Shown: positions 45,767-54,783 of the stretch, piece by piece | Numbering within the stretch: the first letter of the stretch is position 1 | How the letters are laid out: each line of letters starts with the position of its first letter | Origin: an uncultured Gammaproteobacteria bacterium | GTDB taxonomy: Bacteria; Patescibacteriota; Microgenomatia; Woykebacterales; RBG-16-39-9b | Direction of reading: 5' to 3' | DNA: 64,000 bases | NCBI GenBank assembly: GCA_964360785.1 | Contig: CAYHXX010000001.1 | Span: forward strand, 138,549 to 202,548 | Translations under genes and position numbers: made by a program | The notes under the pieces: model-generated | The model's database searches: none | What the model was told of the DNA's origin: nothing | The model's input: the letters and a program-made list of their open reading frames with translations, nothing else

Positions 45767-47725
45767 CTAGTGGTTCGGATTTCGCCAACGGTAGAAATAG
45801 GGATACAAAAAGGAAACTGCTACCAAAAGTAAAACTACAAGCAATCCAATCTGTTGGGCTTCGAGGCTAAAGAAGGGCTTTACAAACAATTGTTTACTTT
45901 CTTTTAGCTTTATTTCTTTTTGTCCATCTTTCCCACTAAGATCAAAGATTAGTTTTGCCTGTTTGTTGTCAAGTAAAGAGTCGCTACGAACTCTTAAGTC
46001 AAAACTGCGTTTTTCAAATGGAAGTATGATACCTAGATCTTTCTCCTTCGGCTCGATAATCCCAAGAGTAGAGTTGTCAGAAGTTATTGCCAGTTTGGAA
46101 CTAAATACTGCCCGACCCGTCTGGTTTTCAATAGTTACCTTTCCCCTGGATGGGAATCCTGAAACAACTTTTTCTTTGTTGTAGATGATTTTTGGCTCAG
46201 CTGCAAATTTTACCTCCTCATTGCTAAACTCTACCTTTACATCATCAGTTTGGCTTGGAGAAGTTTTGTAAGCTCCGGCTGGAAGTGGCTCCTCACTAGA
46301 GACACCGTTGATAGCAAATACAAAGTGGTTTGTATCAAGCTTGGTAAAATAATCCAAACCACCAGTGGTCGATCCCCAAGTCGGATCAACCTGAATCCAG
46401 CGACCTTTTTCTTTATCATAGTATTCTGGCCAGGCGTGGAGTACGGTGGTGTCCACCAAACCTTCGATCTTAGTTGGTCTCAGGTTCGTATTGTCTGTGT
46501 AGGCAAATCCCACTACACCCCGAGCCGGAATACCCTTTGCCCGAGCCAGAGCGACAAAAAGGTCAGAGAAATCGGTACAAATTGATTTTTCTGGTTGATT
46601 AAAGGCATTCAAAGAGCCTCTTCTGCCTAGAGAATTGGACTGCAACCGCGAATAGTCGTATTTTAGTGTTGTCGTGACATAGTTATAGATTTCTTCTATA
46701 TTTTTAAGTTCTTTTGCTTTCTTTTGAATTTGTTGATTCTCAGAATCAATATATTTATCGCTTTTTACAAAAAGTTTGAGATCCGCTTCGGTCCAATTTT
46801 TTGGTTTCTGCACTGAGGTTTCTGAATCAAATATCTTGACCAAACCCTTGGCAATCACTTCGAGATTACTACCACCTTTGATACTGTATTCGGCAATATA
46901 GTTTCCAGACGGGTCGACAGACATAACAGTTGGCCTTGGATCCAAACTCTGGTAATAGAGTGCTTGATATTCAGTATCAGGCGGTAAGGTAATTTTTCCT
47001 TTTGCCGGGTAGACATTCTTATTTTTATAACGATATTTGAGTGTAAAACTAAAAAGCTGAAACTCTCCAAAATTAGCGTTTATCCCGCTAATCGAATTTT
47101 TTGTGAAAACATAATTTGTTGCTGCTAGAGTTTCGCTCGTCTGATCAGCAAGTGGGGACATCTTTCCAAGCGGACCAAAGCTCTTGGGGACAGATAAACT
47201 AAGTTTGTAGGAGGACAGGTTTTCATTGGTAACTATTTGCGGTACATTTATTTCCCACACCTTTCCTCTTTTGAGAGCCAGTGAATCAATCGTGTAATTT
47301 ATTTTGAAGTTTACTGATTTTCCCTGACCAACTATCTGCTGGTTGAGTTTGGCAATCAGTACCGTTGAACTTTCTTGAGCCTTTGTGGAAATACTGAGTG
47401 ACCCCAGCCCATCAGTTCCAGACACATCCGTTACTTTGTCTGAACCAGTTGTGATCGAATACTCTGAAGCGAAATAATCTTTAGTCAGATTTGTCAGGGT
47501 AATATTGTGAGCTACCCGCGCCTGACCGTTGTCACCAAAGGTAAAACTGATGTCATAGCCGGTGGAAAACTGTGCACTTGCCTCTACACTCTGCTTGGCA
47601 GGCAGAAAACCTAATAATAGCAAGAACAGTAGGATTGTTGAAAAAAGACGTTGAGTGAGATTTTTTATGGGCATGTGTATATAAGCGATTTTATCAATAA
47701 TCTTTCCCGGGCGCAATTTAGACAA
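45767..47725 (-). CDS. Large transglutaminase-like (Cys-His-Asp) domain protein with N- and C-terminal membrane anchors
   Basis: CTDFSDLFVALARAKGIPAR...LHAWPEYY...WIQVDPT forms a transglutaminase-core catalytic triad; C-terminal TM helix. Confidence 0.6.
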   Translation of the reverse strand: MSKLRPGKIIDKIAYIHMPIKNLTQRLFSTILLFLLLLGFLPAKQSVEASAQFSTGYDISFTFGDNGQARVAHNITLTNLTKDYFASEYSITTGSDKVTDVSGTDGLGSLSISTKAQESSTVLIAKLNQQIVGQGKSVNFKINYTIDSLALKRGKVWEINVPQIVTNENLSSYKLSLSVPKSFGPLGKMSPLADQTSETLAATNYVFTKNSISGINANFGEFQLFSFTLKYRYKNKNVYPAKGKITLPPDTEYQALYYQSLDPRPTVMSVDPSGNYIAEYSIKGGSNLEVIAKGLVKIFDSETSVQKPKNWTEADLKLFVKSDKYIDSENQQIQKKAKELKNIEEIYNYVTTTLKYDYSRLQSNSLGRRGSLNAFNQPEKSICTDFSDLFVALARAKGIPARGVVGFAYTDNTNLRPTKIEGLVDTTVLHAWPEYYDKEKGRWIQVDPTWGSTTGGLDYFTKLDTNHFVFAINGVSSEEPLPAGAYKTSPSQTDDVKVEFSNEEVKFAAEPKIIYNKEKVVSGFPSRGKVTIENQTGRAVFSSKLAITSDNSTLGIIEPKEKDLGIILPFEKRSFDLRVRSDSLLDNKQAKLIFDLSGKDGQKEIKLKESKQLFVKPFFSLEAQQIGLLVVLLLVAVSFLYPYFYRWRNPNH

Positions 47726-50615
47726 TTTGTACCACAGAGTGTTTGAGTAGATATTTACCCGTCGCGCTAGTCTTATCTTTAATAATTTCTTGAACTGTCC
47801 CCGCAGCTACAACCCGACCACCTTTCTCTCCACCTTCAGGCCCTAAATCAATTATATAGTCTGCAGTTTTGACAACATCGAGATTGTGCTCAATCACCAA
47901 AACAGTGTTTCCCATTTCGACGAGGCGATGAAGCACAGTCAAGAGATTCTCTATATCCGCAAAATGAAGTCCAGTCGTCGGCTCATCAAGAATATAAAAA
48001 GTCTTACCGCTGGACCTGCGCGAAAGCTCTGATGCGAGCTTTACTCTCTGCGCCTCTCCTCCTGAAAGGGTCGTTGCCGGTTGTCCCAAACGCATATACC
48101 CTAAACCAACCTCATTTAGAGTCCCAATCTTGGCTTTTATTGACGGGATCTTATCAAAAAATTCTGATGCTTCTTCGACTGTCAAATCCAAGATCTCAGA
48201 AATATTTTTACCTTTGAAAGTAATTTCCAGTGCCTCACGATTGTAACGCTTGCCCTGACAGGTCTCACAAGTGACGTATACATCAGGCAAAAACTGCATC
48301 TCAATTTTAATCAAACCATCACCCTGACAAGTTTCACAGCGTCCGCCTTTGACGTTAAAGGAAAACCTACCAGCAGAATAGCCTCTGGCCTTGGCATCGG
48401 GGGTGGAAGCAAAGATTTCTCTAATGTTGGTAAAGGCTCCAGTATAAGTAGCCGGATTACTACGCGGTGTTCGCCCAATTGGGGACTGATCAATATCAAT
48501 TACTTTATCAAGATTTTCTACACCTTCAATGCTGTCAAACTCGCCTGGTTTTACTTTTGTATGATAAATTCGTGCTGATAAAGCCTTCTGGAGAACGTCC
48601 TCAACCAAGGTCGATTTCCCACTACCCGAAACTCCAGTGACACAGACAAACTTACCCAAGGGAATCTCAACATCAATATTTTTTAGGTTATGTTCGCGTG
48701 CACCTTTGATAACTAATTTTTTTGTATTTTCAACTCGTTTAAATTTTCCTAGACCCGATCCTACCCGCTTCCTGTTAGAGAGGAAAGCACCGGTGATTGA
48801 GTCTTTGTTCTTTGCTACCTCTGTTGGAGTCCCTTCGGCAATGACTTCCCCTCCATGCTCGCCTGCTCCAGGCCCGATATCAACTAGGTAGTCAGCAGCA
48901 AACATTACTTCCTTATCATGCTCAACTACAATAACCGTATTTCCAAGATCCCTTAAGTCCAATAATGTCTTTATTAATTTATCGTTATCCTGAGGATGAA
49001 GACCAATTGTCGGTTCATCCAAAACATACAAAACCCCGGACAAGCCGGAACCAATCTGCGAAGCGAGTCGAATTCTCTGCGCTTCTCCCCCAGCTAAAGT
49101 AGCGGAACCGCGGTTGATAGTCAGGTAGCCCAACCCCACATCTAGCAAAAACTTCAACCGACTGTTTATTTCTTTAAGGACTTGCTTGGCAATTTGTGCT
49201 TCCTTTTCAGACAAAACCAGATTTGTAAACCAAGAACTGACTTCCTCGATTGAAAGATTGGAAACTTCGACTATTGATTTCTTCTGAATTGTTATAAAAA
49301 GCGCTTCCCGCTTTATTCTGGCTCCTTGGCAAGTGTCACAGGGTTCTTCGCGCATGTATTTTTCTATCTCTCTTTTTACCCACTCACTTTCAGTCTCCTT
49401 GTAACGGCGCATTAATTCTGGAATTAAACCTTCAAAAGCGGTTGCAAAAGTGATTGTTTTACCAAAACGGTTTCTGCCACTGACTTTAAAAGTCTCACTC
49501 TCACTACCTTCCAAAATGACATCAACAATTTCGGTGGGCAGTTCCTTTATCGGAGTCGAGAGTGAAAAATTAAGATGTTCTGAGAGTGCCTCAATTCTAC
49601 GAGTCGACCAAGTATCATGAGACATCATTCGGCTCCAAGGGTAGATCGCACCTTCACTAATCGAAAGGTTTTTGTTTGGAATCACCAAGTCTTTATCGAC
49701 TGTCAACCGAATTCCCAAACCGTCACAACTGTTGCAGGCTCCGTGTGGAGAGTTGAACGAAAAGGTCCTGGGCTCAATTTCAGGTAAAGATAAACCGTGT
49801 TCAGGACAAGCAAACTTTTCTGAGAAAAGCTTGTCGTCAACAGCATCCCCACCAAGTATTAACATACCTTCACCAAAACGAAGAGCAGTTTCCACGGTTT
49901 CTGTCAATCTTTGTTGGTCAACCTCACCCAACACTCTATCAATTACTGCCTCAATATCATGAATCTTGTAGCGATCAAGCGACGGTACTTCGTCTATTTC
50001 GTAAACCTTCCCATCGACTCTAGTTCTGACCAAACCTTGTTTCTTAAGCTCACGAAAAGTTTCTTCATAAGTACCTTTACGGCCTTTGACTATCGGCGCC
50101 AAAATGTAAAAAAGTTTTTTCTGACTGTCTGACCCCTGATTACTGTTTTCTGATATCTGTTTACTGATCTGATCAACTATTTCTTGTACAGTCTGAGCTT
50201 TGATTTCTTTACCATCAATAGGACAATGCGGAGTACCTACCCTTGCCCAAAGCAAGCGCATATAGTCATAAATTTCGGTAATCGTCCCAACAGTTGAACG
50301 GGGATTTTTGGAAACAGTTTTTTGATCGATTGAGATAGCCGGAGAAAGCCCTTCGATCTGATCAACATCCGGCTTTTCCATCAAACCAAGGAATTGCCGA
50401 GCATAAGCAGAGAGGGATTCAACGTAGCGTCTTTGTCCTTCGGCATAGATCGTGTCAAAAGCAAGGGAGCTTTTTCCGCTCCCGGAAATTCCAGTTATAA
50501 CAACGAGTGAGTTTTTGGGAAGCTCTAAATCAATATTTTTTAGGTTGTGCTCTCTAGCACCACGAATTGTGAGTTTATCGGCCTTCATCGTATCTTTCTT
50601 TGCTAAGGGCCACAA
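47718..50615 (-). CDS. uvrA: Excinuclease ABC subunit A
   Basis: Two ABC ATPase modules (GISGSGKSSL / GVSGSGKSTL), zinc fingers CxxC; 965 aa. Confidence 0.95.
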   Translation of the reverse strand: MWPLAKKDTMKADKLTIRGAREHNLKNIDLELPKNSLVVITGISGSGKSSLAFDTIYAEGQRRYVESLSAYARQFLGLMEKPDVDQIEGLSPAISIDQKTVSKNPRSTVGTITEIYDYMRLLWARVGTPHCPIDGKEIKAQTVQEIVDQISKQISENSNQGSDSQKKLFYILAPIVKGRKGTYEETFRELKKQGLVRTRVDGKVYEIDEVPSLDRYKIHDIEAVIDRVLGEVDQQRLTETVETALRFGEGMLILGGDAVDDKLFSEKFACPEHGLSLPEIEPRTFSFNSPHGACNSCDGLGIRLTVDKDLVIPNKNLSISEGAIYPWSRMMSHDTWSTRRIEALSEHLNFSLSTPIKELPTEIVDVILEGSESETFKVSGRNRFGKTITFATAFEGLIPELMRRYKETESEWVKREIEKYMREEPCDTCQGARIKREALFITIQKKSIVEVSNLSIEEVSSWFTNLVLSEKEAQIAKQVLKEINSRLKFLLDVGLGYLTINRGSATLAGGEAQRIRLASQIGSGLSGVLYVLDEPTIGLHPQDNDKLIKTLLDLRDLGNTVIVVEHDKEVMFAADYLVDIGPGAGEHGGEVIAEGTPTEVAKNKDSITGAFLSNRKRVGSGLGKFKRVENTKKLVIKGAREHNLKNIDVEIPLGKFVCVTGVSGSGKSTLVEDVLQKALSARIYHTKVKPGEFDSIEGVENLDKVIDIDQSPIGRTPRSNPATYTGAFTNIREIFASTPDAKARGYSAGRFSFNVKGGRCETCQGDGLIKIEMQFLPDVYVTCETCQGKRYNREALEITFKGKNISEILDLTVEEASEFFDKIPSIKAKIGTLNEVGLGYMRLGQPATTLSGGEAQRVKLASELSRRSSGKTFYILDEPTTGLHFADIENLLTVLHRLVEMGNTVLVIEHNLDVVKTADYIIDLGPEGGEKGGRVVAAGTVQEIIKDKTSATGKYLLKHSVVQIV

Positions 50616-50719
50616 AATTGCCGAACGATTCTATCAAGAAAGTAAATATTTTACAAGGGTACTGTCACTTAACCATTGACAAATATTGTTTTCTCAGGTA
50701 ATATAGCTTGCTTAGTTTG

Positions 50720-50970
50720 GTTACATGCGTGCTGGTGATCGGAGGCGGGGCCGGTTGCTGGGTAACACGTTGTAAACATCGGGGATGGCGGCTTGTCTAC
50801 CTCCCCTCGATGAATTTTCCGTCTCAGGTAAGGAAGGTGTCACTTGTTCCTCCTGAGATTTCACGTCTGCTGCACTGAACGTAACCGCCCCAAATGTACG
50901 TATCAGGCCAGCAGACACCCTCTCTCGTGTGCACCCGCGAGAGTTCTTTCTTTTTCTAAACAATTCCATA
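50720..50970. ncRNA. GC-rich (~55%) ORF-poor segment in the uvrA / small-ORF divergent intergenic region. Candidate structured RNA or leader; class undetermined.
   Basis: Strong local hairpins, for example TCTCAGG-TA-AGGAA-loop-TTCCT-CCTGAGA at 50822-50868 and GGGGATGG...CCTCCCC. The only ORF here (82 aa, minus strand) has a non-protein-like composition. Confidence 0.3.
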
Positions 50971-51004
50971 TTTGTTATAATTCCCTCGGTTAAGGAGGTG
51001 CCAA

Positions 51005-51247
51005 TTGGTTACCAGCACTTCTAGAAGTAAGCAAGAGATCAGGAATCTGCTAACAATCGCGAACTATCTTTCTGAAAACAGTCGAGTTCGAGGTCAAACC
51101 CGTGATCAGATAGCAATCGCTGACACTCTTAGATGGGTACTCGGGGAAGAAGATGTAGAGATTGCCGGATACTTCCGCGGAAATATCGCAGCTATATACG
51201 GGAACAAGATCGGAACCGAACTTATCCAGGAATGGGCAAATGATTAG
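51005..51247 (+). CDS. Hypothetical protein (80 aa, TTG start)
   Basis: SD AAGGAGGTG lies 4 nt upstream of TTG; no motif recognised. Confidence 0.4.
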   Translation: MVTSTSRSKQEIRNLLTIANYLSENSRVRGQTRDQIAIADTLRWVLGEEDVEIAGYFRGNIAAIYGNKIGTELIQEWAND

Positions 51248-51455
51248 ATTTGCAGTTTGGCTTGAATCGCTAGGAAATAAGCTCTATATCGGAGTGCTGA
51301 TATTCTTTGCAGCTTTTTGTTCCTTCTTCGGTTACCTCTTTGCTAGAGAGATACCAATCTGGAGAGCGGTTCTAGCCATGGCTCTGGGATACACAATTGT
51401 AATCCTCATATGTGTATATGCGATGGTGGTTACCTCAAGCAACAGGACGGCCTAA
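51240..51455 (+). CDS. Small two-TM membrane protein (71 aa)
   Basis: The ATG at 51240 overlaps the stop of the preceding ORF. Hydrophobic helices LYIGVLIFFAAFCSFFGYLF and AVLAMALGYTIVILICVYAMVV. Confidence 0.4.
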   Translation: MIRFAVWLESLGNKLYIGVLIFFAAFCSFFGYLFAREIPIWRAVLAMALGYTIVILICVYAMVVTSSNRTA

Positions 51456-51468
51456 CAAGTCGTCCTTT

Positions 51469-53481
51469 TTATTTGACCTGATCAGGGGTAATTGTTTCTG
51501 GTACAGGTAAATCTCTAGTCCTTAATTCAATCAATTGGTCTCGAATCAAAGCTGCCCGTTCAAAATCCAAATTCTCTGCGGCTGTCCCCATTTCCCTTTC
51601 CAAATCTTTAATTAATTTTTTGATCTCAGTTTTTGGTACTTTGGAAAAATCTATTTCTTCGGCTGTAGTTACCTCGGGCTGAATTTCGGCTAACCGCTCG
51701 GAAATATCGTGAATTGTCTTTTGAATTGATTGAGCAGTAATATTATGCTCTTGATTATATTTAACTTGTATTTCCCGTCGACGGTCTGTTTCGTCAATTG
51801 CCTGTTGCATTGACCCAGTTACCTTATCTGCATACATTATCACTCTTGAACCAACCCTTCGTGCAGCTCTTCCAATTGTCTGTATCATTGCTGTTTTTGA
51901 ACGCAGAAAACCTTCTTTATCCGCATCCATGATCGCCACCAACGATACCTCCGGTAGATCAAGACCTTCACGAAGTAAGTTCACCCCAACCAGTACGTCA
52001 TAAATTCCTTTCCGCAAATCCGCAAGTATTCGCACCCGTTCGAGAGTATCTATTTCAAAATGAATGTACATGACATTTATTTCCCGCTCCTTCAAATACT
52101 CACTCAGCTCTTCCGCCATCTTCCTGGTTAAAGTAGTTACAAGCACTCTTTCGTTCTTTTTCACACGAACTTGTATTTCTCCAATAAGGTTTGGTATTTG
52201 CTCCGTGGTTGGCCTAACCTCGATTTCAGGATCAACTATTCCCGTTGGTCGAATGATCTGCTCAACTACCTGCTGCGACATTGAGACTTCATAATCTGTT
52301 GGCGTGGCGCTGGTATAGACAACTTGGTTGATATGACGAGAGAATTCCTCAAAGTTTAGAGGCCGATTGTCATACGCAGAAGGCAAACGGAATCCATGAT
52401 CGACTAACATACCCTTGCGAGCTTTCTCCCCGTGCCACATACCTCGAATTTGCGGCAAGGTCATGTGCGACTCATCAATCACGAGTAGAAAGTCTTTAGG
52501 AAAGTAATCGAGTAAAGTGTATGGGGGATCCCCTGGCTTTCGACCATCAAAATAACGGCTGTAATTTTCAATTCCATTACAGTAACCGAGCTGCTCAATC
52601 ATTTCCAAATCATAATTGGTTCGACTTTCCAACCGTTGCGCCTCAACTAGTTTGTTTTGGTCCTTGAGTTCTTTTAACCTCATCTCAAGATCTCTACGAA
52701 TTTCTTGAATTGGCTGCTTATAGTCTTGCTGCGGCATAACATAGTGTCTGGCTGGGAAGACAGAAAACTTCGATAATACCTCCAATCGTGCACCTGAAAC
52801 AGAATCAATTCGTTCAATCCTCTCAATAGTCTCCCCAAGCAAACTGACACGAACGATAAACTCTTCATCAGCTGGATAAATCTCAAAAGTGTCCCCCTTG
52901 ACACGAAAGGTACCGCGTTTGAGTTCAAAATCGTTGCGCTCGTACTGAATATTATTCAGGTTTCGGAAAATATCTTTTGGAATTACTCTTTCTCCGACTG
53001 TTAGATTGACTAGGCTTTGCTGGTATAGAACCGGCGAACCAAGGTTGTAGATACAAGAAACCGAGGCCACTATCAAAACATCGTTGCGAGTTAGTAGTGC
53101 TTTGGTCGCTGCTAAACGCAACCGATCGATTTCCTGATTGATGGCCGCATCTTTCTCGATATAGAGATCAATCTGCGGAACATAGGCTTCTGGTTGATAG
53201 TAGTCATAGTAGGAAACAAAATATTCGATTGCATTTTTGGGAAAGAATTCTCGGTATTCACTCGCTAACTGGGCTGCTAAGGTTTTGTTGTGAGCAATAA
53301 CTAGAGTTGGCTTGTTGAGGCTGGTAACGAGGTTGGCGACGGTGAAAGTTTTCCCTGTACCAGTGGCACCAAGTAAAGTTTGGTGTTTGTAACCTGCTTT
53401 CAAACCTTTAGTCAACTTTTCAATCGCCTGCGGTTGATCACCCGTTGGTTGAAACGGAAAATTAAGTTCAAATTTGTTCAT
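51469..53481 (-). CDS. uvrB: Excinuclease ABC subunit B
   Basis: Helicase motifs GATGTGKT, DESH; beta-hairpin; C-terminal UVR domain. The start was trimmed to MNKFELNFPFQPTGDQ. Confidence 0.95.
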   Translation of the reverse strand: MNKFELNFPFQPTGDQPQAIEKLTKGLKAGYKHQTLLGATGTGKTFTVANLVTSLNKPTLVIAHNKTLAAQLASEYREFFPKNAIEYFVSYYDYYQPEAYVPQIDLYIEKDAAINQEIDRLRLAATKALLTRNDVLIVASVSCIYNLGSPVLYQQSLVNLTVGERVIPKDIFRNLNNIQYERNDFELKRGTFRVKGDTFEIYPADEEFIVRVSLLGETIERIERIDSVSGARLEVLSKFSVFPARHYVMPQQDYKQPIQEIRRDLEMRLKELKDQNKLVEAQRLESRTNYDLEMIEQLGYCNGIENYSRYFDGRKPGDPPYTLLDYFPKDFLLVIDESHMTLPQIRGMWHGEKARKGMLVDHGFRLPSAYDNRPLNFEEFSRHINQVVYTSATPTDYEVSMSQQVVEQIIRPTGIVDPEIEVRPTTEQIPNLIGEIQVRVKKNERVLVTTLTRKMAEELSEYLKEREINVMYIHFEIDTLERVRILADLRKGIYDVLVGVNLLREGLDLPEVSLVAIMDADKEGFLRSKTAMIQTIGRAARRVGSRVIMYADKVTGSMQQAIDETDRRREIQVKYNQEHNITAQSIQKTIHDISERLAEIQPEVTTAEEIDFSKVPKTEIKKLIKDLEREMGTAAENLDFERAALIRDQLIELRTRDLPVPETITPDQVK

Positions 53482-53544
53482 CAAAATGGATTTTAACCTA
53501 AAAAGGAAATTAGAACTAGTAGAAAAGGTGACCGCAGACAACAG

Positions 53545-53990
53545 ATGTGGTGGAGATCAATCCCAACATCTACGTCTGCGGCCAAACAACAACGGTCGAG
53601 CTGCGTACTGTGTAAATAGCTAACACTTCGCGCTCAACACGGAGTTAAAAAGTTGGCAGGAGCCGGCTTGAACCAGAAAACCGGAAAGGAGGCGACGATA
53701 ACGATGGGGGCAAGCAGAACCCACCGTCTGGTTAAACTCCCACTGTATCTCGCAACAGTCTCTCCCGCCTACCTGCCTACACTGGGACTCTAGGGGAGCT
53801 ATGAGTGCCCAGATTCAGCCGTTAAACGCACCCAAGGAACGAACTGCCGTAGCTTATGTTCCCCAGGATCGCACAACCGATCGAAACGTTCCAGGCGTAA
53901 TTTCGGTCAAGTCGTGGCCGCACTAAATATCGCCAAGAGGCGTGATCTCTCATTTTTATTCTCAGATCTTAGCACAGAATCCAACCTTTA
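53545..53990. ncRNA. ORF-free GC-richer (~50%) ~450-bp segment between uvrB and lexA. Candidate ncRNA or regulatory region; class undetermined.
   Basis: No ORF of 60 aa or more in any frame, in DNA where stop codons should be rare; several GC-rich inverted repeats. Contains GAAACGTTC (53883-53891). Confidence 0.3.
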
Positions 53991-54118
53991 GCAAAAAATG
54001 GCAGCTTAACTTGATCTAGTTAACAAGTAAAAAGGAGTGTTTTGTCCCAGTTGACACACAACCGAAAAAGTCGCGATAATTAGACCATAAATTACCCAAA
54101 CTTACCTTAGGAGGACTT

Positions 54119-54739
54119 ATGCCACCAGTTGTTTATAGACGCCAACGCGATTTACTAGAATTTATTTCCCAATTCATGCAAAAAAGGGGCTACGCACCAA
54201 CACTTGCTGAGATCTGCGACGGTTTGGGATTGCGCTCCCCTGCTACTGTCCATGAACATATCCAGAATCTGATCGAAAAAGGTTTACTCAAAAAAACCGA
54301 AGGGGCCCGCCGTGGTCTGGAAGTGGTAGATCAAAAGGTTATGGGCTGGCTACCAAATGGAGTTGAACTTCCACTCATGGGCAATATTGCCGCTGGACAA
54401 CCAATTGAGGCAATTACCGATCCCTCTGCAACTATTACAGTTCCGGCTGACATGGTCGGAACCAAACGTACCTATGTGCTCCAAGTAAAGGGCGACTCAA
54501 TGATTGAAGCCGCAATTCTTGACGGAGATTATGTTTTGATAGAGCAGTCCGAAACTGCTGAGAATGGCCAAATTGTGGTGGCAGTCTTAAACGGTAACTT
54601 CGCCACACTGAAACGCTATTACAAGGAGTTTGACCATGTCCGACTGGAGCCAGCAAACTCAACGATGAACCCAATCATTGTCCGCGGTGATATCCAGATA
54701 CAGGGAAAAGTAACGGGAGTGATTCGCAAGTTCCACTAA
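54119..54739 (+). CDS. lexA: LexA repressor
   Basis: N-terminal wHTH; AAGQP cleavage site; catalytic Ser GDSM and Lys LKRY of the S24 peptidase. Confidence 0.9.
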   Translation: MPPVVYRRQRDLLEFISQFMQKRGYAPTLAEICDGLGLRSPATVHEHIQNLIEKGLLKKTEGARRGLEVVDQKVMGWLPNGVELPLMGNIAAGQPIEAITDPSATITVPADMVGTKRTYVLQVKGDSMIEAAILDGDYVLIEQSETAENGQIVVAVLNGNFATLKRYYKEFDHVRLEPANSTMNPIIVRGDIQIQGKVTGVIRKFH

Positions 54740-54783
54740 ACAAACTTGCAGGCAATTTTTCAATAAGTTAAGCTATTAGATAC

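Noticed and set aside
50721-50969. 82-aa minus-strand ORF inside the GC-rich uvrA upstream segment
   Set aside because: Its composition is not protein-like (runs of R/S/G with no hydrophobic core), and the region is strongly helical. It is treated as non-coding.
50720-53990. RNase P RNA, SRP RNA, tmRNA or FMN/TPP/glycine riboswitch identity for the two GC-rich ORF-free segments
   Set aside because: Diagnostic motifs are absent: there is no AGUCCGG P4 element, no GGUCCGGAAGGAAGCAGC SRP domain IV hairpin, and no tRNA-like acceptor/T-arm pair ending in a proper GGGG...CCACCA. Only partial chance resemblances were found. The class is left undetermined.
54435-54674. 79-aa minus-strand ORF inside lexA
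   Set aside because: It is antisense to a confidently identified LexA coding sequence.
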